64,000 bases of DNA. Source: Octopus bimaculoides (taxonomy: Eukaryota). Each line of letters starts with the position of its first letter. Position 1 is the stretch's first letter. Shown piece by piece: positions 1 through 12,261 of the stretch. The notes beneath the pieces are model-generated. The model was given only the letters and a program-made list of their open reading frames with translations. It was not told the DNA's origin and made no database searches. The DNA lies in contig NC_068987.1 in NCBI RefSeq assembly GCF_001194135.2, positions 103,845,233 to 103,909,232 on the forward strand, in the 5' to 3' direction. The translations under genes and the position numbers were made by a program.

Positions 1-487
1 CTTCGCATATGCATGCATACACACATACATACATACGCACATACGAACATACATACATACATACATACATACATGCATACATACATAGATACGTACATAC
101 ATACATACAAACACATACATACATACATACATACATATATACACATTTACTTCACTAAAGCACCGTTTGCGCACTCTCACAGACATACGTAGAGACATAC
201 ATACATAGATTCACACATCCAAATACACACCCACAAATGCGTACACATCTGAATACACACCCGCGCTCACATACATACACACGCACACGCACACGCACAC
301 GCACGCACACACACACAGATAGAGAAATCATTTTCATATACACGCACATATACACACTGATATGAACATAAACAGATATACACACACACAGTCACACGCA
401 GATTCAGACACATACACCTACGCTTTTACCCTTTAGAAATATATTTACACATTCATTCACACACATGCAATCATACACATGGACACG

Positions 488-523
<36 letters not shown>

Positions 524-639
524 CATAGTTTATGTACATATACGTATTTGGGTGTCTAACTCTGCGTATAAGGGTATGTACGTGTAAATATTACATGGAA
601 GTGGGCGCGTAAATATTGATACAACCGTATATATATATA
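1..639. repeat. (CATA)n/(CA)n/(TA)n microsatellite cluster ending at an assembly gap
   Basis: Direct reading of tandem ACAT, CA, CGCACA and TA units. ORFs called here are repeat artefacts. Confidence 0.9.
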
Positions 640-1399
640 NNNNNNNNNNNNNNNNNNNNNNNNNNNNNNNNNNNNNNNNNNNNNNNNNNNNNNNNNNNNN
701 NNNNNNNNNNNNNNNNNNNNNNNNNNNNNNNNNNNNNNNNNNNNNNNNNNNNNNNNNNNNNNNNNNNNNNNNNNNNNNNNNNNNNNNNNNNNNNNNNNNN
801 NNNNNNNNNNNNNNNNNNNNNNNNNNNNNNNNNNNNNNNNNNNNNNNNNNNNNNNNNNNNNNNNNNNNNNNNNNNNNNNNNNNNNNNNNNNNNNNNNNNN
901 NNNNNNNNNNNNNNNNNNNNNNNNNNNNNNNNNNNNNNNNNNNNNNNNNNNNNNNNNNNNNNNNNNNNNNNNNNNNNNNNNNNNNNNNNNNNNNNNNNNN
1001 NNNNNNNNNNNNNNNNNNNNNNNNNNNNNNNNNNNNNNNNNNNNNNNNNNNNNNNNNNNNNNNNNNNNNNNNNNNNNNNNNNNNNNNNNNNNNNNNNNNN
1101 NNNNNNNNNNNNNNNNNNNNNNNNNNNNNNNNNNNNNNNNNNNNNNNNNNNNNNNNNNNNNNTATCCTTCTCACCAACATCTGCAGCACGAACGGATCCG
1201 GATTTCAGGGTTATTTCCCTTCGTCGGCGTCCGATAGCCGCTGATATATACATACATATATACATACACACACATATATATATATACATGCACACACGCA
1301 CATACACACATATATATTTATTTCATGTATATGCATATACATATATGTATGTGCGTGTGTGTCTATGTGTGCGTGTGCGTTCCTTTTTGTGTGGTCACT

Positions 1400-1730
1400 G
1401 CAGAGTGTCAAATTGGTGACAGAAATTGAGCCAATTCAGCGTCACTACACAAAGAAGAGTGACTCGGTGAAACAGACGGGCTCATCTGGGATTTCAGATA
1501 GAAATTTGTCCAGGTGCTTTTTGAACGTTTCCACATCTACACCTTGCAGATCTCTTAGGTTCTTTGGCAGGATGTTAAACAGTTCTGGTTCCCTGAAACT
1601 CTTAACTGAGATGACGAAGACGGTATCTTTGGCATTATGCAGTGCCATCCCAGATGAGCCCACATCGCGGCAGGAGGCACAAAGAAGAGTAGCTCCGTCC
1701 AATGAAGAGCAGCTTCATCAAAAACAGAAC
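1400..1730 (-). mobile_element. 3' fragment of a CR1/Jockey-type LINE ORF2
   Basis: Minus-strand translation ELFNILPKNLRDLQGVDVETFKKHLDKFLSEIPDEP matches the typical post-RT C-terminus of such LINEs (LFNxLPxxLR...FKxxLDxFL). Boundaries approximate. Confidence 0.8.
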
Positions 1731-1904
1731 CGAAGGAGACCCCCCCCCCCAAAAAAAACACTGAAGGGCGGTGCTCCAGCATAGCCCCAACCTCTGGCTG
1801 AAACCAGTAATTGAATAATAGAATGGAATAGCATAACAGAATGTGTGTGTGTGTGTGTGCGTGTGTGTGTGCGTGTGTGTGTGTCTATCTATGTGCTTAT
1901 GTCT

Positions 1905-2100
1905 TTGTATCTGTATTTGTACCCCACCTCCACTTGACAACCGGTATTCGTGTGTTTACGTCCCCATAACTTAGTAGTTCAGTAAAAGATATTGTAGAAT
2001 AAATGCCAGGCTTTAAAAATGGAACTAAGTACTGGAGCCGATTCATTCGACTAAAAATTCTTCAATGTGTTGCCCCAGCTTGGCCGTAGACTGAAACAAT
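1905..2100 (+). mobile_element. SINE family A, 3' half
   Basis: ccacttgacaaccgg..gtgtttacgtccccataacttagtagttc.. matches the other family A copies (e.g. 63120-63489) and follows a (TG)n tract. Confidence 0.7.
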
Positions 2101-2356
2101 CAAAATATGAAAATTAAAATATAATTCCTTCATTTTCATATGTGTGTGTGTGTGTGTGTGTCTGTGTGTGTGTGTATACATACATAAATACACATATACC
2201 TTTGTATCTCTCCTTGTCTCTATGCGCGTGTGTGTGTGTGTGTATATATATACACACACACATACACATACACACACGCATAGAGACCAAGAGAGATAGA
2301 AAAGTATATGTGTATTTATGAAAATATATTTGTATATACATACACTTCTCTCTCTT

Positions 2357-2412
<56 letters not shown>

Positions 2413-2939
2413 NNNNNNNNNNNNNNNNNNNNNNNNNNNNNNNNNNNNNNNNNNNNNNNNNNNNNNNNNNNNNNNNNNNNNNNNNNNNNNNNNNNNNNNN
2501 NNNNNNNNNNNNNNNNNNNNNNNNNNNNNNNNNNNNNNNNNNNNNNNNNNNNNNNNNNNNNNNNNNNNNNNNNNNNNNNNNNNNNNNNNNNNNNNNNNNN
2601 NNNNNNNNNNNNNNNNNNNNNNNNNNNNNNNNNNNNNNNNNNNNNNNNNNNNNNNNNNNNNNNNNNNNNNNNNNNNNNNNNNNNNNNNNNNNNNNNNNNN
2701 NNNNNNNNNNNNNNNNNNNNNNNNNNNNNNNNNNNNNNNNNNNNNNNNNNNNNNNNNNNNNNNNNNNNNNNNNNNNNNNNNNNNNNNNNNNNNNNNNNNN
2801 NNNNNNNNNNNNNNNNNNNNNNNNNNNNNNNNNNNNNNNNNNNNNNNNNNNNNNNNNNNNNNNNNNNNNNNNNNNNAATACCTTTACATCGTTTGATCTC
2901 TGATACAGCGAAAATTAATTATGTGTACATGGTGTAAAA

Positions 2940-5045
2940 TCTACAACAAAAGCAACAACAACAACAACAATAACAGCAGCAGCTACAACAACAACAACAA
3001 CAACAAAGCAAAGACCAGAGCAGGTACAACAACAGCAACAATGACAAGGAAAACATTAACGAAAACGGCAATAGCGGTAACAACTACAAAAGCAGCAGCG
3101 GCAACTACAACGAAACGAAGTTCAGAGCAAGCGTAACATCAACAACAATAGCAACAACAAGGTCTATATTAACCACAAAAAACGCCAATAACAGTAAAAA
3201 CAACGGGAACAATAATAACGATTGTAACAACAGCTACAACTACAACATCAAGGACTACAATAGCAGAAAAAACGGCACTAACAGTAACAACAACAAAAAC
3301 AACAACAGCCACAACAACAACAGCACCACCGCTGCCGCTGCCGCCACCACCTCTATACCACGGCAGTAACGGAAATGCCGCTAACATCTCCACTACAACA
3401 AGGAAAACTGAGAACAACAACAACAACGACAACAATATCAGCACCACCATCGCCACAACAGCAACAACACCTTTAATAATTCCAGCCAAAACGTCACACA
3501 ACTCCAACACCAATAACACAAACAACACAAGACTACCGCTAGAACCGGCGTCACCACCAGCAACAACATCGATGCCTTCACAACTAACTCATCTACCACT
3601 ATCTCGCCGCTATATCAACAACTGCGGGTCGCCACCACCACCACTACCACCACCATCATCACCACTGCCATCAACACTACAACAGTAACAAAACACCCAC
3701 CAATATCACAATCACAACACTAACAATAACATAAATAACACTAGCGTCACAACGGCGCCACCACCACAACACCACCATCGCCACAACGCCACCACCGCCA
3801 AAATTATAACAACAACAACAGCAACAAAAAGACCATCGACATCAACCCCGGTAACAACACAAACAACAGTTTTAACAATAACATGTACATGCCCCATCAC
3901 TACCACGATCGTGAAAACAGCCGCGTTAACAACAAATCGGCCGTCAACAGTATCACCAACTACAACAACACAAGCAACAACATTACACTCGTCGTCATCA
4001 GATATCAATACCATCACCTTCACGTAACATCACAGCATCAATATAACATCACAACATTCACAACACCAGCATCATAACACCTCCATCACAATGCCAACAT
4101 AACGACAACACACCATTATTGCTACCACTATCTATACCACCACAGCAACATCAACGGTGACACCAACACCAGTATCACAACACTAACATCACAACNNNNN
4201 NNNNNNNNNNNNNNNNNNNNNNNNNNNNNNNNNNNNNNNNNNNNNNNNNNNNNNNNNNNNNNNNNNNNNNNNNNNNNNNNNNNNNNNNNNNNNNNNNNNN
4301 NNNNNNNNNNNNNNNNNNNNNNNNNNNNNNNNNNNNNNNNNNNNNNNNNNNNNNNNNNNNNNNNNNNNNNNNNNNNNNNNNNNNNNNNNNNNNNNNNNNN
4401 NNNNNNNNNNNNNNNNNNNNNNNNNNNNNNNNNNNNNNNNNNNNNNNNNNNNNNNNNNNNNNNNNNNNNNNNNNNNNNNNNNNNNNNNNNNNNNNNNNNN
4501 NNNNNNNNNNNNNNNNNNNNNNNNNNNNNNNNNNNNNNNNNNNNNNNNNNNNNNNNNNNNNNNNNNNNNNNNNNNNNNNNNNNNNNNNNNNNNNNNNNNN
4601 NNNNNNNNNNNNNNNNNNNNNNNNNNNNNNNNNNNNNNNNNNNNNNNNNNNNNNNNNNNNNNNNNNNNNNNNNNNNNNNNNNNNNNNNNNNNNNNNNNNN
4701 NNNNNNNNNNNNNNNNNNNNNNNNNNNNNNNNNNNNNNNNNNNNNNNNNNNNNNNNNNNNNNNNNNNNNNNNNNNNNNNNNNNNNNNNNNNNNNNNNNNN
4801 NNNNNNNNNNNNNNNNNNNNNNNNNACCACCTCCACCACCACCACCACCACCATCACCACCACTGCCCCAGTAACGATACCACCTCAGAGAGCTCCAACA
4901 ACAGCACTACGATCTCAGCGCCACACCAAAAACACCACACGGCCATCGCCTCAACAACAACAATACCACCATAGCAACCATCACCACCACCACTTCAACA
5001 ATAATATTAACATTAACAACATCAACACCAACAATAACACTAATT
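2940..5045. repeat. Long degenerate (AAC)/(CAC) trinucleotide low-complexity tract interrupted by a gap
   Basis: Runs of acaacaaca, caccaccac and aacatc over ~2.1 kb. Translations give poly-T/N/V/H with no splice structure. Confidence 0.85.
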
Positions 5046-5158
5046 ACTAAGGGACAGCTAAAGTGGTATAATTTACATATTTGCATAAATTAACACTTTA
5101 GTTTTACATTTCTGATACTGACAGTTTACCTTTGTGTGGTTCGGCTGGTATCTTTTGT

Positions 5159-5210
<52 letters not shown>

Positions 5211-5281
5211 NNNNNNNNNNGTGTGTGTGTGTGTGTGTGTGTGTGTACAAGCAAGTGCAGTTTGGATAAGGTGCATGAGTA

Positions 5282-5320
<39 letters not shown>

Positions 5321-5757
5321 GTGTGCGTGTTTTGTGCGTGTTATGTTGTGTGTGAGTACGTGTAAATGAGAGAGCGCTTGTATGGATACAAAAATATACG
5401 GTATGTATGTGTGTGTGTACGTGTGTGCGCTTGCATATATGTATATGTGTAAACATATATATATGCATGTATGTTTGCATGTATGCATGTATGTTTGCAT
5501 GTATGCATGTATGACTGAATTATGTATGTATGTATGTATGTAAGCACGGATGTATGGTAAGTATGTACGTTTGTATGTGTGTATATCGTAAAACTGATGC
5601 GTTGAGTACAGTAACCTTGCTATGAGGAGTGGAAAATCTAACGTTTTGGACACAGTTCTTCTGGGGAAATATGGAAAGGTGGGAAATTAATGAGATAATG
5701 GCTGCCAATATTTTTTTTTAACTTAGAGAATGTAGAACTCTGCTGTCTTTCATTAAT

Positions 5758-5801
<44 letters not shown>

Positions 5802-6218
5802 NNNNNNNNNNNNNNNNNNNNNNNNNNNNNNNNNNNNNNNNNNNNNNNNNNNNNNNNNNNNNNNNNNNNNNNNNNNNNNNNNNNNNNNNNNNNNNNNNNN
5901 NNNNNNNNNNNNNNNNNNNNNNNNNNNNNNNNNNNNNNNNNNNNNNNNNNNNNNNNNNNNNNNNNNNNNNNNNNNNNNNNNNNNNNNNNNNNNNNNNNNN
6001 NNNNNNNNNNNNNNNNNNNNNNNNNNNNNNNNNNNNNNNNNNNNNNNNNNNNNNNNNNNNNNNNNNNNNNNNNNNNNNNNNNNNNNNNNNNNNNNNNNNN
6101 NNNNNNNNNNNNNNNNNNNNNNNNNNNNNNNNNNNNNATATATGCATGCATGCAAAGATCCATACGCAGGCATATATACATATATATGCATATAAATACA
6201 CACACACACACACACGCT

Positions 6219-6267
<49 letters not shown>

Positions 6268-6309
6268 GCTAGATGACCCGAAAAATGTATACACACTCTT
6301 TAATCCTAC

Positions 6310-7690
6310 ACAAATGATAAAGGCAGCCTGATTAAGTTTTCAACAAAGGAAATTTCTCGCAACGTGCTACTGCAATTTTATAATGCAATCGAAGCCCAAA
6401 GACAGATCCACCCATGCAACTTACAATCACTAAACTTAGAGGTAAGTCTGAAGCAGGTGGAGCTGTTCAGAATGTCCCCAAGAAACATTCCGGAAAACCG
6501 CTGATATTGATGAGCCCTACAATATAAGAAAGAGTACTGGAAACTTGTAACCAGAGTTCAAGAAACTTGTAACGAGAGTTCAAGGAAATCAGTACGGTAA
6601 ACGAGTCATAAGATAGGAATTTCTAAATCAAACGTCCATCGCATTTTGAAGCGCTGCCGTTGGGAAAGTTGCATTCGAAGAACAGTCCATGTGTGTGCGT
6701 ATGCTTGTGTGTCTATGTGTGCGCGTACGTGTGCGTATGTATGTTGTCAAGACTGGCAGGTATATGATGAAGACGAACCGGGTCGAAGAGTAGAGTTTTG
6801 CGTGTGGTACTTGGCAAGAGGTGTAGAAGATGCACACTTTTCAACAAAGATTGTTTGGAGTGATGAGGTTACAGTTAAATTAAACGGCCCGATTAACTGC
6901 TGAAATTGCATTTACAGAGGATCTAAGAAACCGCATATTACGGAAGAACATCATGTTGGTGAACCAGGAGTTACAGTATGGTACGGTTTATCATCTAAAG
7001 CTAGGGTCACCAAACTACGGCCCGCGAGGTCAGTTCATCCAGCCCGCCGCCGCGCTATACCTTTTGTGTAAGTACATGCAATGAGAGCTCATTCGCTTCT
7101 GGTATGGCATCAGTGTTCAGAACAACTTATGTCTGTGGGCAAACATTTTCAATAATGAAGTATGTGAAATCATCACATTGAACGAGGTTGACTGATGAAC
7201 ATTTGAAAGCAATTCTCTTGGTTGGATGCAGCTATTCCAAAGCAAATATTAACATCTTAAAAGATAAACACCAGTTTCACGAATCTCACTAACCTTTTTT
7301 TGCTGCTTGGTTTTTGAGAATCGGATATGTGTGCACTTGGTGTTATATAGCTATCTTATTGCTAACGTCGCCTTCTTTGATACTTTTTGGTAAATGAATA
7401 TGTTGGTTGTCTTTATTTTTTGTGTATTCACTGTATTGTGTTAAACAAAATAGTTATGTGGTCCGCGCTTATCATTCTCTCAGCTACCTAGCCCGCCGAG
7501 AAAAAGTCTGGTGACCACTGATCTAAAAGATTAAAAGATTAATTCTCTTTTGACGGTACTATGACTAGTCCTATTTATTTGTACTTGGTGCGAAGTTTAC
7601 AAGAGAACTTTGAAGATGTAGAGATTTATTTCCAACAAGATGAGTCATCCCCACACTACCATAGTGATGTAAGGGCCTTGGACCCCCAGA
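6310..7690 (+). mobile_element. Decayed Tc1/mariner-superfamily transposase, interrupted by a microsatellite and a hAT MITE
   Basis: RRVEFC..., IVWSDE (first catalytic D region), LNGPIN, VTVWYGLSS, then after the insertion YFQQDESSPHYHSDVRAL (QQDGAPPH-like second D). Multiple stops and frameshifts. Confidence 0.8.
7001..7520. mobile_element. Non-autonomous hAT element (520 bp) nested in the Tc1/mariner remnant
   Basis: Imperfect TIRs ctagggtcaccaaact / agtctggtgaccactg, subterminal cggcccgcg motif, 8-bp TSD ATCTAAAG (6993-7000) / ATCTAAAA (7521-7528). Confidence 0.8.
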
Positions 7691-8400
7691 TAGTAGATCT
7701 TTAGTTTTGTTAGTATGAGTATATCATGAATATCAGCAACAATGAACTGTCACTTCTGCAGTTTCCTCGCTCGTAAAAGCACACAAAATGTGTAGTATAT
7801 ATGGGAGCAATCACGAGTCTCCGGGCACCAGTGCGGCTGCGTTTTCCGTTAAATTATCGTCTGTTTCTGGGAAATACAATCCTAGTTTTGCCATACTTTG
7901 TAGCTCTTTGTCGCTTGGTGAGTCCATGATGGAGGATAAAAAAATTAAAAAAATAAAAGTACCTGTTCCAGAGCAGTGGATTGGCAGAATTGTCAGAGCA
8001 TCGGACAGGATGCCCTGTAGTGTTTATTCCGAATCGGTGACTTTTTGAGTTCAAAACCTCGACCTCCTCCCGAAAAACAGTAACACTTCCATCAAGAATA
8101 GCAACCAACAAATAGTGTCGGCACTAAATTATGCGATTTGGAACCGTAACATGAGCAAGCAACCAAATTCTCTTGTGCTTTCAAATCTCTTCCTGGTGCT
8201 TTCTTGGTGGATTATATGTATGTACACACAACATACAATTATCTTAATATGTAAGATACCCAGTCTGTGTGTGTGTCCTCAATGCACACTCTGGATCAGT
8301 CTATACCATACTTGGGGTACATGAATAATTTGACCGTGGAAAGAATAATACGGTTTTGATTTTTTTTATTTATTTTTTCATTAAGAATAAATAATATTGC

Positions 8401-9809
8401 TCTATATATATAAAGATTCACTTCTTCAAATTTTTCTCTCAATTCGCTGTGCTTGAACTTCCTGTCTTTGGCGTCCTAACCAGCTATTTACGTATGTATA
8501 CATCATTGCAGTTGTGACGATTTCTGATTAAAAAAAAATTTCTAAAAGTACTTTTATGTCAGGAACAAAATTTCATACGGAGATAGACGCCTTTTTCACA
8601 ATTAATTAAATGAAGTATTGTATATTGTATATTGATTTTCCAATACATATTTCGGACATTTTTGGAACAAGTTGCCTTATTAAGACTTGATACTTCACGT
8701 TTAAATCCCATTTGAAAATTCTTGGCGCGAATCGACTTATTAACACTTTCACGTAACTGTTTTGCCAATGTCGACATTGTAACTAAGTAACCAGCTATTT
8801 ACATACACACACGTAGGTATACATCAAAGTAGAGGTCATATGAGATTAACGGGATCCGTGGAATGAAGACATGCTCACTTTTATAGTTCCCATAGGATAT
8901 GGGGTTGCATCACTTTCACCATTTTACTACTATCTGATGCCATTGCGCAGACAAAGTGGATCCAGATTCATGAGCAGCATGATTGGGGCCCCCTTTTGAA
9001 GTGTTAAGTGGTGAGGTAGCATCCCAGATGAGCATGTCTTAATTCTACGGATCCCGTTAATCCCATATGACCTCCACTTTGAATTTAAACGATTCCAGTT
9101 CCCCGTGAGACTAAGTTTCGCTATGTCAATAAACAAGTCCCAAGGACAGTCTGTCAAGGTTGTTGGACTTCACCTAGCTTCTCTCATGGGCAATTATATG
9201 TAGGATGTTTGCGAGTTGGAACTCCCCAAAATCTTTTCATTTATACACCAATTAAAAGACACACTCAAAACATCGTATATTTAGAAGCTCTTGATAATTA
9301 AACTGTGATTGATTTCCGAATTTGTTTCAATACATTTGCTTATACTCACGTCATCTGATAAAATTCTTGTTAAATGTACTGATTGACAGGAGGAGAGCGC
9401 CCGCAGGCCGGCTCTTCTCAGATTTATGCATTTTCAAGTTCAACGTATTTCAAATAAGTACTGACAATTGAAGATGATTTCAAAGACAAAGAACTATCTG
9501 GTTTTTTAACAATTTTAGCAGTGAGAACATCGGATAAAACATGTTATTGACATTAATAGTTTGTACCTCAGCTAATTACTGTTGAGAACTGCATAATCCA
9601 TGTTTCATTTTACTTAGAGATTTAAAAGGAATACTTAAATTTCATTATTTTCAGTAACCTGGGAAACACCGGGTTATTAATGCATAATGTTTGTATCTCA
9701 GCTACTAGGAGATAAGATCTGCGTAGTCTGTTTCATGTTAGAGATCTAAAAGGCATTTTTAAATTTCATTATTTTCTTTAATCCGGGCAACGCCGGGTAT
9801 TTCTGCTAG
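8401..9809 (+). mobile_element. Non-autonomous, rearranged Helitron with PIF1-like helicase remnants
   Basis: 5' TCTATATATATAAAG start. Plus-strand [33 protein letters not shown] and, after a frameshift, HGQLYVG. Minus-strand [18 protein letters not shown]. 3' hairpin atccgggcaacgccgggt followed by CTAG|T at 9806-9810. Confidence 0.85.
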
Positions 9810-9999
9810 TACATTTATAAACTTGTATGTGCATGTGTATGTATGCGTATGTGTGCATGTGTTTGTATATGTCTGTGTTTCTAGAGGAAATATTTCATTG
9901 CCATTAACTTTCGCCCAGTCTGTTTGTTGAAAAGCTTTTTTTTAACTTAGTGATTATAAACCGCCATGCGACAAGAGATTTAGCGTATTTTATAATTCA

Positions 10000-10625
10000 T
10001 ACCAATGCCTTCAGTTTAATAGTAGACTTCTCTGTGTAATGGTGTCACAGTTTAATGGTAATTTAATGGTAGTTTAATGGTAATGCCTTAGGTGTAATGG
10101 TAATACCTTCAGTTGAACGGCAGCGTTTAAGTGTTATACCTTCAATTTAATGATAATGCCTTCAGTTTAAGGACATTGCCTTCATTTTAATGAAGTGGCC
10201 TTAGTTTAATGGTAGTGCCTTCAACTTAATGGTAGTACCTCGGCTTCATAATAATACCATCGGTTTAATGGTAGAGCTCATCGCTTTAGATAGTACCTTC
10301 AGTTTAATGATGGTGCCTTCAATTTAATATTAATACCCTTGGTTTAATGGTAGCGCTTTCGGTCTCATGGTAATGTCTCAGATTAATGGTAATCCCTTAG
10401 TTTAACGGTAATATCTTTAATTTAATAGCAGTACTCTTAATATAATTGTAAAGTCACAATTCAAAGGTAGTGTTCTTAGTTTAATTATGGTACTTCTGTT
10501 TAAAGATGGTTCTCATAGCTTAATGGTACCCTTAGTTTAAAGCTAGTGTCTTTAATTAAATGATGATGCCTTTAGTTTGATAACTGTATCTTCATTGAAT
10601 GGCAATGCTCTCAGTTTAGTGGTTT
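10000..10625. repeat. Degenerate ~20-21 bp minisatellite (consensus near GCCTTCAGTTTAATGGTAAT)
   Basis: Recurrent ccttcagtttaatggta variants, roughly 30 copies by eye. Confidence 0.8.
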
Positions 10626-11324
10626 AGTACAGTGGAGCCTATTATGCTGTTAAACATGGGGCAGTAAATATTCTGCTAAGTGGTGAACTAAAATCGTTAG
10701 TGGCTGAATCAATAAAGTATCGGGCAACAATCTATCGGTATTGCACTAAGTCCATGACCAAAATATTCAATAACCTACTTCGCTTAGTTATAAGAAGACA
10801 CCGTGGAAAGGAAATGCTTGCTGTTGTAAGCAGAGGTAGCACTACAAGACAGTTCAGTGCTTCATTAATTTACAGTGATGATTATGAATCCTACAGTACT
10901 CTTTATCCATAATAGAAGCATTAATAATGCAGTCTTACTGTCACTAAGAGCTTAACATCAACTTCACCACGCTTCTTGATCTTGAAAATGCTGTAGACAC
11001 TGCATCTGTACACTTTGAACCTTAAAGAGAAATACGTTGCATAAAAATCGTAAAAGGGAAGTCGATGGTAGTATATTTGATGTATTAAATCAAAGAATTT
11101 TAACTCATTTAATTTTTCATACAATAGCATCTGTTTTATTTTGGAGTTTTTTTTTTTTTTTGTGGCGGGTGTTTTAGCGGGAGGTGCGTTATTTTTGTCC
11201 AATGTTTGTCTTTGGGATGTAACGCTACTCTGTGTTCTTTCAAAAAAAATTCCCTATACATCTATAAATCTATAGTCATCTAAATAACGATAATGCTAGT
11301 ATTTGCTAAAGAAATAGCGAGCTG

Positions 11325-11535
11325 GCATGATTCTTAGCACTCCGAACAAAAAGATTAGCGGCATTTTGTTTATTTTTAAGTTCTCAGCTCAAATTCCGCT
11401 GAGGTTGATTTTGCCTTTCATCCTTTCGGGGTCGATAAAACAAGTGCCAGTCAAGTACTGGGGTTGATGTAATCAACTTCCTCCTCCCCTAAAAAAAACT
11501 TTTGGCCATGTGTCAAAATTTGAAATCATTATTTG
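11325..11535 (+). mobile_element. SINE family B copy
   Basis: tRNA-like head, core ttgcctttcatcctttcggggtcgataaaa..gtaccag and tail ggcc..gtg.caaaatttgaaatcattatt, shared with the copies at 19853-20092, 23322-23525 and 32135-32270. Confidence 0.7.
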
Positions 11536-11744
11536 CTAAAGAGGTCCAGTTGATGGGAGCATGTCTGGAGTGGAGTTATCACCGTACAGTAAAGTATCAG
11601 ACCCATACACCACTGCATTTCATAGTTATCTCATTTTAATTAAAAGTTGTCTTCCCCTAGCTTTTTTCACTAGAATTGAATGGTTAAGGTATCTTCTTAT
11701 CACTGGAGATTTAAATATATTTAATAAAACGCAATTCATTGTCA

Positions 11745-11815
11745 GCATCGGTGGTTCAGTGGTAGAATGCTCGCCTGCCACGCGGGCGGCCCGGGTTCGA
11801 TTCCCGGCCGATGCA
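11745..11815 (+). tRNA. tRNA-Gly-GCC: tRNA-Gly (anticodon GCC)
   Basis: GCATCGGTGGTTCAGTGGTAGAATGCTCGCCTGCCACGCGGGCGGCCCGGGTTCGATTCCCGGCCGATGCA. Acceptor stem GCATCGG/CCGATGC, A and B boxes, anticodon GCC at 11777-11779, T5 Pol III terminator at 11828-11832. Confidence 0.98.
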
Positions 11816-12019
11816 TATGAAAGTCTCTTTTTATTAATGAGCTATTTCTATGTTATCTTTTGGCGATATTTCGAACATTTGTTAAAGAGTCAACCCCATT
11901 TTAAATCAGAAACTTGAGACAAGTAATCTACAAGTAAATATTGCTTCACAGCATTTAAATTGTATTACGTGTATCTGTGCGTCCCGCATAGTCATTTGAC
12001 GGACAACATCCAGTTTTAG

Positions 12020-12255
12020 GTGCAGGCGTGGCTGTATGGTAAGGATTTGCTTCACAACTAGCGTTCAGGGTTCAATCCAACTGCGGAGCCTTGTAATTGG
12101 ATTTGGTTGATGGAAACTGAAAGAAGCCCGTCATATATGTGTGTGTGTTTGAGTTCCCTATCACCGCTTGACTACCGGTGTTAGTGTGTTTAGGTTCCCG
12201 CAACCTAGCGGTTCGGCAAAAGAGACCTATAGAAAAAGGACTAGGCTTTAAAAGA
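12020..12255 (+). mobile_element. SINE family A copy, 3'-truncated next to a mariner fragment
   Basis: Head gcaggcgtggctgtatggtaag..gggttcaatcc, core ggaaactgaaagaagcccgtc, then accgcttgactaccggtg. Confidence 0.75.
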
Positions 12256-12261
12256 ATCCAA

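Noticed and set aside
3169-4077. Val-, Thr- or His-rich ORFs resembling membrane or mucin proteins
   Set aside because: Translation artefacts of the AAC/CAC tract. Open in several frames and on both strands, with no splice sites or domain motifs.
7790-8110. Possible LINE RT remnant on the minus strand (TGARRLVIAPIY, resembling GVPQGSVxxPxL)
   Set aside because: Too degenerate to call from motif recall; needs a profile search.
11561-11917. 118-aa ORF containing SIGGSVVECSPATRAARVRFPADA
   Set aside because: That peptide is simply the translation of the tRNA-Gly gene.
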